Shown here piece after piece: positions 29,954-40,984 of a stretch of DNA of 64,000 nt. The position numbers were made by a program, and so were the translations under genes. The DNA is from an uncultured Bacteriovoracaceae bacterium (lineage in GTDB: Bacteria; Desulfobacterota; Desulfomonilia; UBA1062). The DNA lies in NCBI GenBank assembly GCA_964618975.1, contig CAZUDI010000015.1, positions 412 to 64,411 on the forward strand, in the 5' to 3' direction. The notes below the pieces were generated by a model. The model made no database searches, was not told the DNA's origin, and saw only the letters and a program-made list of their open reading frames with translations. Position 1 is the stretch's first letter. Each line of letters opens with the position of its first letter.

Positions 29954-30775
29954 TCACCCACCCTGCGGCGGACGTCCCCGGAAGCCGTCCATGGCCCGGG
30001 AGCCCCCGCTCAGTCGCAAGGCCCAGTCAAAGAACGTCGTGGGGAGAAGCTTCAGGATCTGCATGGCCTTGATGCTCCAGTAGGGCAGCAGGACATAGGG
30101 CCTGTCCTGCCTGACGGCCTCCACGATCCTCTGGGCCGCGTACTCGGCCTTGACCATGGGATTGAGCAGGAAGGGCCTGAAGCCCGAGAACATGCCGGTG
30201 TCGATGACATAGGGGCAGACGCAGGTCACCTTCACCCCGGACTTGCCGTCCTTCTTCAATTCACGTCGCAGGGTTTCGGACAGCCCCACCTCGGCGAACT
30301 TGCTCGCGCAGTAGTCCGAAAGCCCGGTCATGCCGAGCAGCCCGCCGGAGGAGGCGATGTTAACGATGTGTCCGGTGCCCCTCTGGGCCATCTCCGGCAA
30401 GAACTCCTTGGTAAAGTAGACATGGCCCCAGAAGTTGACGTTCATGGTGCGCTGCATCTCCTCCAGGCTGAGGTCCAGGAAGGCCTTGCCGATGACTATG
30501 CCGGCGTTGTTGACGAGGACATCGAGGCGGTGCAGGTCGTTGCGGATGGAGGCGCAGACCGTGGCCACCGCCTCAGGCTTCGAGATGTCACAGACATACG
30601 TCCCGACGGTGACGCCTTCGGGCCTCAGTTCGTCCGCGAGGCGCTCGAGCCCTCCGGGATCGATGTCCACCAGCGCGAGGTTCGCGCCCAAGCGGGCGAA
30701 GTTGAGGGCCATGAGCCTGCCGATACCACTGGCCGCACCAGTGATGAGGACCTTTTTCCCCTTAAGATCCTGCAT
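29954..30775 (-). CDS. short-chain dehydrogenase/reductase
   Basis: TGAASGIG, NNAG, YCASK catalytic motif; AAGGAGG SD. Confidence 0.93.
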   Translation of the reverse strand: MQDLKGKKVLITGAASGIGRLMALNFARLGANLALVDIDPGGLERLADELRPEGVTVGTYVCDISKPEAVATVCASIRNDLHRLDVLVNNAGIVIGKAFLDLSLEEMQRTMNVNFWGHVYFTKEFLPEMAQRGTGHIVNIASSGGLLGMTGLSDYCASKFAEVGLSETLRRELKKDGKSGVKVTCVCPYVIDTGMFSGFRPFLLNPMVKAEYAAQRIVEAVRQDRPYVLLPYWSIKAMQILKLLPTTFFDWALRLSGGSRAMDGFRGRPPQGG

Positions 30776-31043
30776 GTGAAAGACCTCCTTAATAGATAGG
30801 AATTCAATCGATGCCGACAGTATATACTCAGGAGTTTCCGGGAATCAATCCGAATCATGCCTCAGGACCCTCCCGTCCCGGGGCCTTTCGTAGGGGAGGA
30901 GTTTCGCCCTGAAGGCCGCGGGACCCGGAAGAAAGCGGATCCGATGACACGAAACCACACGTCTGCGGCACCCGAGCAGCTGCCGGTGCTGTTCACCTCA
31001 GGGGTCCACCGGAGGTGGCATCCTTTGCATCACCGTGCCGGCG

Positions 31044-32354
31044 TCATAGGATGTACTTGCTCAGGTCCTCTTTCTGCATGATGGGGTCGAGCCTCGAGCG
31101 TACATATGCGGCGTCCACCTCGATCTGGCCGGGGTTCTCGGAGGCGTCGAAAGAGATTTCCTCGAGCAGCTTCTCCAGCACGGTATGCAGGCGCCTGGCG
31201 CCGATATTCTCGGTGTGGTCGTTGATGTATTCGGCGATGCTGGCGATCTCGTCGATGGCATCTTCACTGAAGACGAGTTCCAGGTCCTCGGTGCCCAGCA
31301 GGGCCTGATACTGCTTGATGAGGGCGTTCTGGGGTTCGGTGAGGATGCGCACGAAGTCCTCGCGGCTCAGGGGGGCCAGTTCCTCGCGGATGGGGAAGCG
31401 CCCCTGGAGCTCGGGGACCAGATCGGAGGGTTTGCTTACGTGGAAGGCACCGGCCGCTATGAAGAGGATGTGGTCGGTCTTGACCGGCCCGAATTTGGTG
31501 TTGACCGTCGTCCCCTCTACGATCGGCAGCAGATCGCGCTGCACGCCCTCGCGGGAGACGTCGGGCCCGTGGGTCGACTCCCGTCCGGCCACCTTGTCGA
31601 GCTCGTCCAGGAAGACAATCCCGGAGTTCTCCACCCGCTCCCGGGCCTCGCTGGTGACCTTGTCCATGTCGATGAGACGCGAGACCTCTTCCTGGGTGAG
31701 GAACTCGCGGGCCTCCCTGACCTTCATCTTGCGCCGTCGGACCTTCTTGGGCATGATGTTGGAAAACATCTCTTTGAAATCGATGCCCATCTCCTCCAGA
31801 CCCTGGCCGGAGAAGACCTCGATGGAGGGCATGGAGGTCTCGCGCGATTCCACCTCGATGATGCGCTCGTCCAGCACGCCCTCATACAGCATGGCCCGCA
31901 GCTTTTCCCGGCTCTCCGTATGGCTCTCCTGGTCCTTGCGGGGCGGCAGCAGACAGTCGAGGATGCGCTCCTGGGCAAGCTCCCCGGCCTTGCTCCTGAC
32001 CTTCTCGCTTTCCTCCTGCTCCACCATCTGTACCCCGGTACGCATGAGGTCCCGGATGATGGACTCCACATCTCTGCCCACGTAGCCCACCTCGGTGAAC
32101 TTGGAGGCCTCCACCTTCACCATGGGGGCGCCGGCCAGACGGGCGAGCCGGCGTGCGATCTCGGTCTTGCCCACCCCCGTGGGACCGATGAGGATGATAT
32201 TCTTGGGGTAGATGTCGTCCCGCATCTCTGCGGTCACCCGCTGACGGCGCCAGCGATTCCTCAGGGCGATGGCCACGGCGCGTTTGGCCTTGTCCTGGCC
32301 GATGATATACTTGTCGAGCTCGGCGACGATCTGTCTGGGGGTCAGTTCGTTCAT
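31044..32354 (-). CDS. hslU: ATP-dependent protease ATPase subunit
   Basis: [38 protein letters not shown]. Confidence 0.98.
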   Translation of the reverse strand: MNELTPRQIVAELDKYIIGQDKAKRAVAIALRNRWRRQRVTAEMRDDIYPKNIILIGPTGVGKTEIARRLARLAGAPMVKVEASKFTEVGYVGRDVESIIRDLMRTGVQMVEQEESEKVRSKAGELAQERILDCLLPPRKDQESHTESREKLRAMLYEGVLDERIIEVESRETSMPSIEVFSGQGLEEMGIDFKEMFSNIMPKKVRRRKMKVREAREFLTQEEVSRLIDMDKVTSEARERVENSGIVFLDELDKVAGRESTHGPDVSREGVQRDLLPIVEGTTVNTKFGPVKTDHILFIAAGAFHVSKPSDLVPELQGRFPIREELAPLSREDFVRILTEPQNALIKQYQALLGTEDLELVFSEDAIDEIASIAEYINDHTENIGARRLHTVLEKLLEEISFDASENPGQIEVDAAYVRSRLDPIMQKEDLSKYIL

Positions 32355-32884
32355 GCCAGGTCCTCATAGCTAATATTTTTATTCGTATAGATGCAGATGT
32401 CCGAGGCGATGTCCATGGCCTTTTCCGCAATCTCGCGGGCGGAAAGGTCCGTATTATCGAGCAGGGCCCGGGCCGCGGCCACGGCGTAGTTCCCGCCCGA
32501 GCCGATGCCGCAGACGGCGAAATCCGGCTCGATCACGTCGCCGGTGCCCGAGAGCACGAAGGTCTTGTCGCTGTCCGCGACGATCATGAGGGCCTCGAGC
32601 TTGCGCAGCACGCGGTCGGTCCTCCAGTCTTTGCCCATTTCCACCGCGGCGCGCATGAGGTTGCCACGGTATTCCTTGAGCTTGGCCTCGAAACGTTCGA
32701 AGAGGGTGAAGGCGTCCGAGGTGGAACCGGCGAATCCCGCCAGGACGCGGTCCTCGTGCAGTCGCCGCACCTTCTTGGAGTGTGACTTCAGCACGGCATC
32801 TCCCATGGTGGCCTGGCCGTCGCCGGCCATGACCACGGACCCTTTACGTCTCACACACAGGATGGTTGTGGCGTGTATCTTCAT
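32351..32884 (-). CDS. hslV: ATP-dependent protease peptidase subunit
   Basis: [29 protein letters not shown]. Confidence 0.98.
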   Translation of the reverse strand: MKIHATTILCVRRKGSVVMAGDGQATMGDAVLKSHSKKVRRLHEDRVLAGFAGSTSDAFTLFERFEAKLKEYRGNLMRAAVEMGKDWRTDRVLRKLEALMIVADSDKTFVLSGTGDVIEPDFAVCGIGSGGNYAVAAARALLDNTDLSAREIAEKAMDIASDICIYTNKNISYEDLA

Positions 32885-33762
32885 GTGTCCTCCCTTGATC
32901 GGGGATGTGCCCGCTCATGGATCTCCATGAGTCTGTCCACGGTGACGTGGGTGTAGCGTTGGGTCGTGGAGAGGCTTGCGTGCCCGAGCATCTCCTGGAT
33001 TGACCTGAGATCCGCACCGGCGTCCAGCATGTGGGTGGCAAAGGTATGGCGGATTACGTGGGGACTTACATGCCGCGTCGTCGCGATATGCTGTGACCAC
33101 TGGGAGACGATGCGGCGCATGCTCCTGGAGGTCAGGCGCGTCCCCCGGCGGTTGAGGAAGAGCGGCTCGTCGCTGTAGAGGGGGTCGCGGATCCCCCGTG
33201 TGCTGAGGTAGGCGCGGATGGCCTGCAGGGCCTTGCCCCCCACCGGGACGAGGCGCTGTTTGGCGCCCTTACCCATGACACGCACGACCCCGGAGGCGAT
33301 ATCAAGGTCCCGGCAATGCAGGGTCTCGGCCTCGCCCACGCGGATGCCCGCGGAGTAGAGGAGCTCCAGGAGGGCTCGGTCCCTGAGGTCCTCGGTGGCC
33401 TCGATCAGGTCGATCATCTCATCCGGGCTCAGGAAGACGGGCAGGCCGTCCTCGTGTTTGAGGGAGCGCACATGGGCGAAGGGGTTGGCCGTGAGCCTCC
33501 CATGTCTGACGGCATAGTCGAAGAAGCCCCTGATGGCGCTGAGCTTGCGGTTGATCGTGGCCCGGTTGTAGTGCTGGTGCAGGCGCATCAGGTACGCACG
33601 CACGCTCATGCGGTCCAGAGAGCTGAGTTGACGCTCCTTGAGGAAGCCTACGAGATCGTCGATATCGTTGGTATAGGCCCGGTAGGTTGCATGCGACAGC
33701 CCCCGAACATCGAGAAGATGGAGGCGGTAGCTCGCGACAAGCTCGTCCAGATCCAATTCCAT
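32881..33762 (-). CDS. xerC: tyrosine recombinase XerC
   Basis: [40 protein letters not shown]; xerC-hslV-hslU synteny. Confidence 0.9.
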   Translation of the reverse strand: MELDLDELVASYRLHLLDVRGLSHATYRAYTNDIDDLVGFLKERQLSSLDRMSVRAYLMRLHQHYNRATINRKLSAIRGFFDYAVRHGRLTANPFAHVRSLKHEDGLPVFLSPDEMIDLIEATEDLRDRALLELLYSAGIRVGEAETLHCRDLDIASGVVRVMGKGAKQRLVPVGGKALQAIRAYLSTRGIRDPLYSDEPLFLNRRGTRLTSRSMRRIVSQWSQHIATTRHVSPHVIRHTFATHMLDAGADLRSIQEMLGHASLSTTQRYTHVTVDRLMEIHERAHPRSREDT

Positions 33763-33911
33763 GGCACTCCCATACACCGAAAGGCGCTATGAATCAAGGA
33801 ACTCGCCACGAGAGGAGATATTGACTGAGCTATCAATTTTCTTGCCTCCCGGGCCGGATTATGGAATAAATAAATTTTACTATCCATCATACGAAAGAGT
33901 GAGGAGGCGAT

Positions 33912-35201
33912 ATGTCAAACGTAGTTATCGTGAGCGGTGTGAGAACCGCAGTGGGAACCTTCGGGAAGTCCCTCAAGGACGTGCCCGCCAAGGAACTGGG
34001 GGCGCTGGTAATCCGCAGCGCCCTCGAGAAGGCGGGGCTCAAACCTGTGCTCCCTGCCCAGGCGTCAGAGTATGCCCCGGATGCCTGCAGAGGGGACGGG
34101 GTTTCGCCGGTGGAGCAGAAGTACGCCACCTGGGCGGACGGTCTGCAGGAGATCGCGGTCGACGAGGTGATCATGGGCAACGTGCTGCAGGCGGGTCAGG
34201 GCCAGAACCCCGGCCGGCAGGCCATGATCATGGCCGGGCTGCCTAAGGAGACCACGGCCATTTCCATCAACAAGGTCTGTGCCTCGGGCATGAAGGCCAT
34301 CGCCCTGGCGGCCAGCACGATCAAGGCCGGAGACAACGAGGTGGTGCTCGCCGGCGGCATGGAGAACATGAGTGCCGTGCCCTATGCCCTGGCGGATGCC
34401 CGCTGGGGCTTGCGCATGAACATGCCCTTCGGTCAGGTCACGGACCTCATGGTCTTTGACGGACTCTACGAGATCTTCTACGGCTACCACATGGGGATCA
34501 CGGCGGAGAATATCGCCGAGCGCTACGGGATCAGCCGCGCCGAGCAGGACCAGCTCGGACTCGAGAGCCACCAGCGGGCCCGCAAGGCCATTGCCGAGGG
34601 GCTCCTGAAGGACGAGATCGTGCCGGTGGTCATGCCCCAGAAGAAGGGTGCCCCGGTGATCTTTGACACGGATGAGCGGCCTATGGACACCACCCTGGAG
34701 AAGATGGGGCAGCTCAAGCCCGCCTTCAAGAAGGACGGCACGGTCACGGCGGGCAATGCCTCGGGCATCAACGATGCCGCGGCGGCCCTGCTGGTGATGA
34801 GCGAGGATAGGGCCAAGGCGCTGGGTCTGAAGCCTATCGCCCGTGTCCGGGGCTATGCCTCCGGCGGCGTGGACCCGGCCTTCATGGGGCTGGGGCCCAT
34901 CCCGGCTTGCCGCAAGCTCTTCAACATTACGGGGACGACCATCAAGGACTACGGACTCATCGAGCTGAACGAGGCCTTCGCCTCCCAGGCGATCGCCTGC
35001 ATGCGTGAGCTGGGGGCCGACCCATCGATCACCAACGTGAACGGCTCGGGGATCTCCATCGGGCATCCCGTGGGTTGCACCGGTGCCAGGATTGTGGTGG
35101 CGCTGATGAACGAGATGCAGCGCCGGGGAGTGGGGCTCGGTCTGGCCTCCCTGTGCATCGGCGGCGGCCAGGGCATGGCCATGGCCCTTGAGGCGGTTTG
35201 A
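33912..35201 (+). CDS. acetyl-CoA C-acetyltransferase (thiolase)
   Basis: RTAVG, NKVCASG, NEAFA, GHPVG, SLCIGGGQG. Confidence 0.95.
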   Translation: MSNVVIVSGVRTAVGTFGKSLKDVPAKELGALVIRSALEKAGLKPVLPAQASEYAPDACRGDGVSPVEQKYATWADGLQEIAVDEVIMGNVLQAGQGQNPGRQAMIMAGLPKETTAISINKVCASGMKAIALAASTIKAGDNEVVLAGGMENMSAVPYALADARWGLRMNMPFGQVTDLMVFDGLYEIFYGYHMGITAENIAERYGISRAEQDQLGLESHQRARKAIAEGLLKDEIVPVVMPQKKGAPVIFDTDERPMDTTLEKMGQLKPAFKKDGTVTAGNASGINDAAAALLVMSEDRAKALGLKPIARVRGYASGGVDPAFMGLGPIPACRKLFNITGTTIKDYGLIELNEAFASQAIACMRELGADPSITNVNGSGISIGHPVGCTGARIVVALMNEMQRRGVGLGLASLCIGGGQGMAMALEAV

Positions 35202-35235
35202 GGAAGGGTCCCCTTAGGGGATGTTTACGGAAATC

Positions 35236-35270
35236 AAACCCCAAGGGGGGCTCAGCCCCCCTTGGGGTTT
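35236..35270 (+). terminator. hairpin after thiolase
   Basis: 16-bp perfect stem AAACCCCAAGGGGGGC / GCCCCCCTTGGGGTTT, loop TCA. Confidence 0.6.
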
Positions 35271-35291
35271 CCTGCCTTGGAGCCGGCCTTG

Positions 35292-35358
35292 TCGTGGGTA
35301 TGAACCCCTGGGCAAGCCCTGTCCCCTGACGCCGCAAGCGGTAAGGGAAGGCGACCTC
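35292..35358 (-). repeat. ~70-bp dispersed intergenic repeat, copy E (reverse orientation)
   Basis: Reverse complement reads gaggtcgccttcccttaccgcttgcggcg...agggcttgcccaggggttcatacccacga. Confidence 0.7.
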
Positions 35359-35624
35359 TAGCGCTCCAAAAAGACCAGATCCACGCGAAAGCCGGGGAGG
35401 TGTGTCAGCACCAGAATTTCCCCGGCGGGGCGATTTGTGTCCGGATGCCTTCATTGCTCATGGCGCCAGGGCTGCAGGCCGCCCCCTTTGGGTGGCGTGA
35501 TGGCCGCGATCGGTGTGTCTCGGTGGCGTAAGGGAGGCAGAAATCCGGTACCCAAGATACGGTGGCTGTGGTAAGAGATGGTCTTCGGGATAAGGGTTTG
35601 AGGTCTGTCGTGGGGAGGGGTACA

Positions 35625-37718
35625 ATGCGCGATCTGACGATGCGGGACATCATGACACGCAGCTTCGCCGCGGTCTGTCCCGAGGACGATTTGCAGAAGG
35701 TCGCCTCTCTGCTGAGAAAGACCAAGGTGGATGCCCTCCCCGTGGTTTCTCGTCTGGGCGAACTCATCGGCATCATGACCAAGGCCAACCTCTATGATGC
35801 CGTGGCTTCCGGGCTGCCCCCTTCGGTCCGCGTGGCGGACCTCTATACGCGGGAGGTCATGACGCTGCCCGAAGACCTCACCTACGAAGAGTTGGCCGAG
35901 ATCGTGCGCACCAGTCATGCGGGCAATGCGGTGATCATGAACGCCCTGGGCGGCCCCGCCGGATTATTCACCAAGACCGACTGGATCATGGCCATGTTTC
36001 GCCACGAGGCCGCCCTGAACAGCCAACTCACGGCGATTCTGGATACCATGCACAACGGTCTCATCGCCGTGGACACCAACGGCCATATCACCATGACCAA
36101 CAAGGCCGCCGAGGGCATCCTCGGCGGCGACTGCCTCGGTCGGCCCCTGGCGGAGTTCCTGCCGGGACTGGCTATCGATGACGTGCTGCGGGATGCCCGC
36201 AAGAAGATCGGACTGAGGCATGTGGTCCGCGACGAGGTCACCCTTTTGTGCAACATTACCCCCTTTGTGCGGGATGAGGGCGCGGGGGGGGCCATCATCG
36301 TGATCCAGGACATCACCGATCTGCACCGGATCGTTACCCAGCTCGAGACCGTCAGCGAGATCAACGAGACACTGCAGTCCGTCATGGATCTGGCCTATGA
36401 CGGCATCATCGTCGTGGACAACAGTGGCCGGATTTCCATGGTGAACCGTGCCGCGGCCAGGTTCTTCCGCCGACGGGAGGAGGAGATGGTGGGCCGCCCG
36501 GTGGAGGAGGTGGTCGAGAACACGCGTCTGGAAGAGGTCCTCAGGAGCGGGGTGCAGGAGATCAACCAACTCCAGTTCATCCACGGTGTGCCCTTCGTGG
36601 TCTCGCGACTGCCCATTATCCGTGGGGGGAAGGTGGTCGGCGCGGTGGGCAAGATCCTCTTTCGGAACCTGGATGAGCTCCAGGACATCGCCGTCAGATT
36701 CGCACGCGGCGAGTACGAGATCGCCCAGGAGAAGGATGGAGCCATCGAGGAGGTCCCCTCGGGATTCAATCAGATCGTCACGGCGGACCCCTTTTTTCGG
36801 CATATGCTCGAAGAGGCCGAGATCGCCGCCCGCGGCAACTCGAACATCCTCATCACCGGAGAGAGCGGAACCGGCAAGGAACTCGTCGCCCAGGCCATCC
36901 ACCACAGGAGTCTCCAGCGGCAGGGTCCGCTCGTCAGGGTCAACTGTGCGGCGATCCCCGACAGCCTTATGGAGGCCGAGTTCTTCGGCTATGCCCCGGG
37001 GGCTTTCACCGGTGCCCGCCGGTCCGGACGGCCGGGAAAACTTCTCAGCGCCAATGGCGGAACGCTGTTTCTGGACGAGATCGGTGACCTGCCGCTGAAC
37101 CTGCAGGGCAAGCTTCTCAGGGTGCTGCAGGACCGCCGCTATGAGCCGATCGGCTCCGACAAAAGCGTCCAGGTGAATGTTCGTTTTATCGCCGCCACCA
37201 ACCGGGATCTGCATGAGCTGACCCACAGCGGACGCTTCCGCGAGGATCTCTACTACCGCCTTAACGTGGTCAATCTGAATGTCCCGCCCCTGAGGGCGCG
37301 CAAGGACGATATCATCCTGCTGGCCCAGTTCTTTCTCGAAAAATACAACCACGTCTTCCACACCGAGGTCAGGCACATCTCCCCCGTGGTCCAGCGCCTG
37401 TTCCTGCACCATCCCTGGCCCGGCAACGTGCGTGAGCTGGAGAACGTGATCGAGCGGGCCATCAATTTCGCCCGCGACTCTGTGCTTCATCCCGGCGACC
37501 TGCCGGCCTACCTGAGGGAGACCCCCTTGGATGTGTGTGCCCCGGTGGCGCAGGACAGGCCCGCACTCACCCTGAGGCCGGCACGGGAGGGCTGCGAGCG
37601 GGAGATGATCCTCGATGCCCTCAGCCGGGCGGGGGGTAATAAGGCCCGGGCCGCCCGATTGCTGGGGATCAGCCGTTCGTGGCTCTATGAGAAGATGGCG
37701 CGTAACGGACTGACATGA
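35625..37718 (+). CDS. sigma54-dependent activator, CBS-CBS-PAS-PAS-AAA+-HTH
   Basis: CBS pair at N-terminus, two PAS starts ([20 protein letters not shown]), [40 protein letters not shown], Fis HTH. Confidence 0.93.
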   Translation: MRDLTMRDIMTRSFAAVCPEDDLQKVASLLRKTKVDALPVVSRLGELIGIMTKANLYDAVASGLPPSVRVADLYTREVMTLPEDLTYEELAEIVRTSHAGNAVIMNALGGPAGLFTKTDWIMAMFRHEAALNSQLTAILDTMHNGLIAVDTNGHITMTNKAAEGILGGDCLGRPLAEFLPGLAIDDVLRDARKKIGLRHVVRDEVTLLCNITPFVRDEGAGGAIIVIQDITDLHRIVTQLETVSEINETLQSVMDLAYDGIIVVDNSGRISMVNRAAARFFRRREEEMVGRPVEEVVENTRLEEVLRSGVQEINQLQFIHGVPFVVSRLPIIRGGKVVGAVGKILFRNLDELQDIAVRFARGEYEIAQEKDGAIEEVPSGFNQIVTADPFFRHMLEEAEIAARGNSNILITGESGTGKELVAQAIHHRSLQRQGPLVRVNCAAIPDSLMEAEFFGYAPGAFTGARRSGRPGKLLSANGGTLFLDEIGDLPLNLQGKLLRVLQDRRYEPIGSDKSVQVNVRFIAATNRDLHELTHSGRFREDLYYRLNVVNLNVPPLRARKDDIILLAQFFLEKYNHVFHTEVRHISPVVQRLFLHHPWPGNVRELENVIERAINFARDSVLHPGDLPAYLRETPLDVCAPVAQDRPALTLRPAREGCEREMILDALSRAGGNKARAARLLGISRSWLYEKMARNGLT

Positions 37719-37905
37719 AGGCGCTGTCCTCCCCGGACGCCCGAGTGGCCGCCCGTACACGCCGGGGTTGGGTGTGTCCGAGGCCTTGCAGGCGCGCTAG
37801 GTAGGATTCCCCGGCGACCTGCCGTGCAAAGGCGCTCAGGCGGTGACCCCCCGACGCACTGATCTAAGATCGGTGTCTGCTTCGACATGGGGTGCGTGAG
37901 GTCTG

Positions 37906-37965
37906 TGTTCGCCCGGACCGGACAAAGGTGTCCGCGATGACGGACATATTCCATGATGCCGGACA
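37906..37965. promoter_or_regulatory. putative enhancer (UAS) array
   Basis: Perfect TGTCCG-N6-CGGACA at 37929-37946; further CGGACA half-sites at 37919 and 37960. Confidence 0.55.
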
Positions 37966-38084
37966 CCTGCCTCCCTGGGATGCCCCTGGTTGCCGGTCCG
38001 GGCCGCTGTGCGGGCGCAGGATTCCTGAGTCTCTACGATACATGCTCGTAATGATCATTATATCTGTATTAATAGATTGTTGCA

Positions 38085-38097
38085 TAATGGATTGATT
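38085..38097 (-). promoter_or_regulatory. putative IHF site
   Basis: Minus strand AATCAATCCATTA matches WATCAANNNNTTR, in an AT-rich patch between UAS and promoter. Confidence 0.6.
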
Positions 38098-38216
38098 GCT
38101 GACGATGGCCGCTTTCTCAGGGAGGCCTCAAAGGGCCCTGGCGGCTGGGGAGCCGCTTCCCCGGCGGCCGGCCGGCCGGCCTCGTCCCCCACCGTCTGAG
38201 CGAGCGCCCCGGTCTC

Positions 38217-38232
38217 TGGCATGGGGGTTGCT
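38217..38232 (+). promoter_or_regulatory. sigma54 -24/-12 promoter of prpE-satP
   Basis: TGGCATG-GGGG-TTGCT, exact GG-N10-GC spacing. Confidence 0.8.
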
Positions 38233-38299
38233 TTGACTTCTTTTAATCGATGGGCGCCCGCAGGCGGGCGCCCATGAATGCAGATAAGGAGGGTAATCA

Positions 38300-40198
38300 A
38301 TGTACAAGTCGTATGAGGAGGCCTACCGGCGCTCGATCGAGGACCCCGAGGGATTCTGGGCCGTGGCGGCCTCGGAGATCAACTGGTACCGCAAGTGGGA
38401 CAAGGTCCTGGACGATTCCCGCGTCCCCTTCTACCGCTGGTTTGCCGGTGGCAGCCTGAACACGTGCTACAACGCCGTCGACCGCCATGTGGAACAGGGG
38501 CGCGGCTCCCAGGCCGCGATCATCTATGACAGTCCGGTGACGAACACGGTGCGCCAGATCACCTACGCCGAGCTCCAGCGTGAGGTGGCGCTCTTCGCCG
38601 GGCTGCTCGTCTCTCTGGGGGTGACCAAGGGCGATCGCGTGATCGTTTATATGCCCATGATCCCCGAGACCGTTGTCGCCATGCTTGCCTGTGCCCGCAT
38701 CGGTGCCGTACACTCCGTGGTGTTCGGCGGTTTTGCGCCTAACGAGCTCGCCGTGCGTATCGAGGATGCCAAACCCAAGGTGATCCTGTCCGCCTCGTGC
38801 GGGATCGAACCCAAGGGGGCCATCGCCTACAAGCCGCTGCTGGACAAGGCCGTTGACCTGTCCAGTCACAAACCCGAAAGGTGCGTCATCTTCCAGAGGC
38901 CGGAGGTGTCAGCCGCACTGATCCCCGGGCGGGACCTCGATTGGGGCGTGGCGCTCGCGGATGTCCAGCCGGCAGACTGCGCCGAGGTCCTGGCGACCGA
39001 TCCGCTTTACATCCTCTATACCTCGGGGACCACGGGCATCCCCAAGGGGGTGGTGCGCGACAACGGCGGGCATGCCGTGGCGCTCAACTGGAGCATGAAA
39101 TACATCTACGGCGTAAAGCCCGGTGACGTGTACTGGGCCGCCTCGGACGTGGGCTGGGTCGTGGGCCATTCCTACATCGTGTATGCCCCGCTCATCCACG
39201 GATGCACCACGATCGTTTATGAGGGCAAGCCCGTGGGCACGCCCGATCCCGGGGCCTTCTGGCGGGTGATCAACCAGCATGGCGTCAAGGTGCTCTTCAC
39301 GGCCCCTACCGCCTTCCGCGCCATCAAGAAGGAGGATCCGGACGGCAAGCATGTCAAGCGCTACGACCTGACCAGCCTGAAGTACCTCTTCCTGGCGGGC
39401 GAGCGTCTCGATCCCGATACCTACCACTGGGCCTGCGATCTCCTGGGCCTGCCGGTGGTCGACCACTGGTGGCAGACCGAGACCGGCTGGCCCATTGCGG
39501 CCAACTGCATGGGGATCGAGGAACTTCCCATCAAGGCCGGATCTCCCACCAAGCCGGTCCCCGGCTACGACGTACGCATCATCGACGATGGAGGCCGGGA
39601 GGTCGCTGACGGACAGGAGGGGATCATCGGCATCAAGCTGCCGCTTCCGCCCTGCTGCCTGCCCACGCTCTGGCAGAAGGACGAGGCCTTTATCGCGAGC
39701 TATCTGACGGATTACGAGGGGTACTATGCCACCGGCGACGGCGGATACAAGGATGCCGACGGCTACCTCTATATCATGGGCCGGGTGGACGATATCATCA
39801 ACGTGGCCGGTCACCGGCTCTCCACCGGCGGCATGGAGGAGGTCGTCGCCCGGCACCCGGATGTGGCGGAGTGCGCCGTGATCGGGGTGGATGATAGACT
39901 CAAGGGTCAGGTCCCGGTGGGTTTCGTGGTCCTCAAGGCCGGTACGGGCAAGGGCGGTGACGAAGTGGCCCGGGAGGTGGTGCAGATGGTTCGCTCCGAG
40001 ATTGGCGCACTGGCCTGTCTGAAGGACATCAGTGTGGTGCCCCGGCTGCCCAAGACCAGAAGCGGCAAGATCCTGAGGGGCACCATGCGCAAGATCGCCG
40101 ACGGCCAGGAATACAAGGTCCCTTCCACCATCGAGGATCCGGCCGTACTGCACGAGATCAAGGACGCCTTGCACGGCATCGGCTATCCCAGGCCGTAA
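38300..40198 (+). CDS. prpE: propionyl-CoA synthetase (AMP-forming)
   Basis: YTSGTTGIPKG, SDVGWVVGHSY, DHWWQTETG, NVAGHRLSTG, PKTRSGKILR. Confidence 0.9.
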   Translation: MYKSYEEAYRRSIEDPEGFWAVAASEINWYRKWDKVLDDSRVPFYRWFAGGSLNTCYNAVDRHVEQGRGSQAAIIYDSPVTNTVRQITYAELQREVALFAGLLVSLGVTKGDRVIVYMPMIPETVVAMLACARIGAVHSVVFGGFAPNELAVRIEDAKPKVILSASCGIEPKGAIAYKPLLDKAVDLSSHKPERCVIFQRPEVSAALIPGRDLDWGVALADVQPADCAEVLATDPLYILYTSGTTGIPKGVVRDNGGHAVALNWSMKYIYGVKPGDVYWAASDVGWVVGHSYIVYAPLIHGCTTIVYEGKPVGTPDPGAFWRVINQHGVKVLFTAPTAFRAIKKEDPDGKHVKRYDLTSLKYLFLAGERLDPDTYHWACDLLGLPVVDHWWQTETGWPIAANCMGIEELPIKAGSPTKPVPGYDVRIIDDGGREVADGQEGIIGIKLPLPPCCLPTLWQKDEAFIASYLTDYEGYYATGDGGYKDADGYLYIMGRVDDIINVAGHRLSTGGMEEVVARHPDVAECAVIGVDDRLKGQVPVGFVVLKAGTGKGGDEVAREVVQMVRSEIGALACLKDISVVPRLPKTRSGKILRGTMRKIADGQEYKVPSTIEDPAVLHEIKDALHGIGYPRP

Positions 40199-40264
40199 TA
40201 CATCCGGGGGGGCGGGTTGGGGCCCCCCCGTACCCTTCTCAAATGAAGAATGGAGGAAAAGAGC

Positions 40265-40828
40265 ATGAGTGAGCAGAAATTCGGCAATCCGGCGGTGGTG
40301 GGCCTGGCAGGTTTCGGACTCACCACCTTGATTCTGCAGTTTCATAACGTGGGGTGGTGCGGTATCGGTCCGGTGCTGGCCATGGGGCTGATCTTCGGCG
40401 GTCTGGCTCAGATGATCGCCGGTTTTCAGGAACACAAGATGGGCAACAACTTCGGCTACAGCGCCTTTGTCAGCTATGGCGCCTTCTGGATCGGGCTGGG
40501 AATCATCTGGCTGCTGAACGCCTGCGACATCTACAAGGCGAGCACCACGGACGTCGGCTGGTACCTGGTGGCCTGGACGCTCTATACGGCGATTATGTGG
40601 GGGGCGTCCATGCGGGTGCATGGGGCCATGGCCTCGACCTTCACCCTGTTGCTGCTCGGGTTCATCCTGCTGGATTTCGGGCATTTCGGCTTCCCGATCA
40701 TGAATAAGGTGGCCGGATATGAACTCATGCTCTGCGCCTTGAACGCCTGGTACATGATGGCGCATGCCATCTACGCCGATGTCTTCGGCCGCGACGTGCT
40801 GCCGGTGGGAAGGCCCTGGATCGGGTAG
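40265..40828 (+). CDS. satP: acetate/succinate uptake permease, SatP (GPR1/FUN34/YaaH) family
   Basis: NPAVVGLAGFG N-terminal signature, SYGAFW, six TMs. Confidence 0.9.
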   Translation: MSEQKFGNPAVVGLAGFGLTTLILQFHNVGWCGIGPVLAMGLIFGGLAQMIAGFQEHKMGNNFGYSAFVSYGAFWIGLGIIWLLNACDIYKASTTDVGWYLVAWTLYTAIMWGASMRVHGAMASTFTLLLLGFILLDFGHFGFPIMNKVAGYELMLCALNAWYMMAHAIYADVFGRDVLPVGRPWIG

Positions 40829-40874
40829 CAACGCCCGGGACGCGTTGCGCCGGCACCTGAGCCAGATGAGCATA

Positions 40875-40973
40875 CCCCTGTGGCCCCCCTGCCTGATGTG
40901 CGGGGTGGGGCCACAGGGGATTGTTTTATGGGGAAAGTAAAGGGGTTGTGCCCCCCGCCGATCGGGGGGCACA
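40875..40973. terminator. two hairpins between convergent satP and S8 peptidase
   Basis: 13-bp stem 40875-40887/40907-40919; 11-bp stem 40947-40957/40963-40973. Confidence 0.55.
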
Positions 40974-40984
40974 GGGGTATAGGG

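Noticed and set aside
32881-33762. Tyrosine recombinase as an integron or phage integrase, with the 70-bp repeats as attC sites
   Set aside because: xerC-hslV-hslU is housekeeping synteny; no IntI-specific insertion seen; the repeats lack RYYYAAC/GTTRRRY ends
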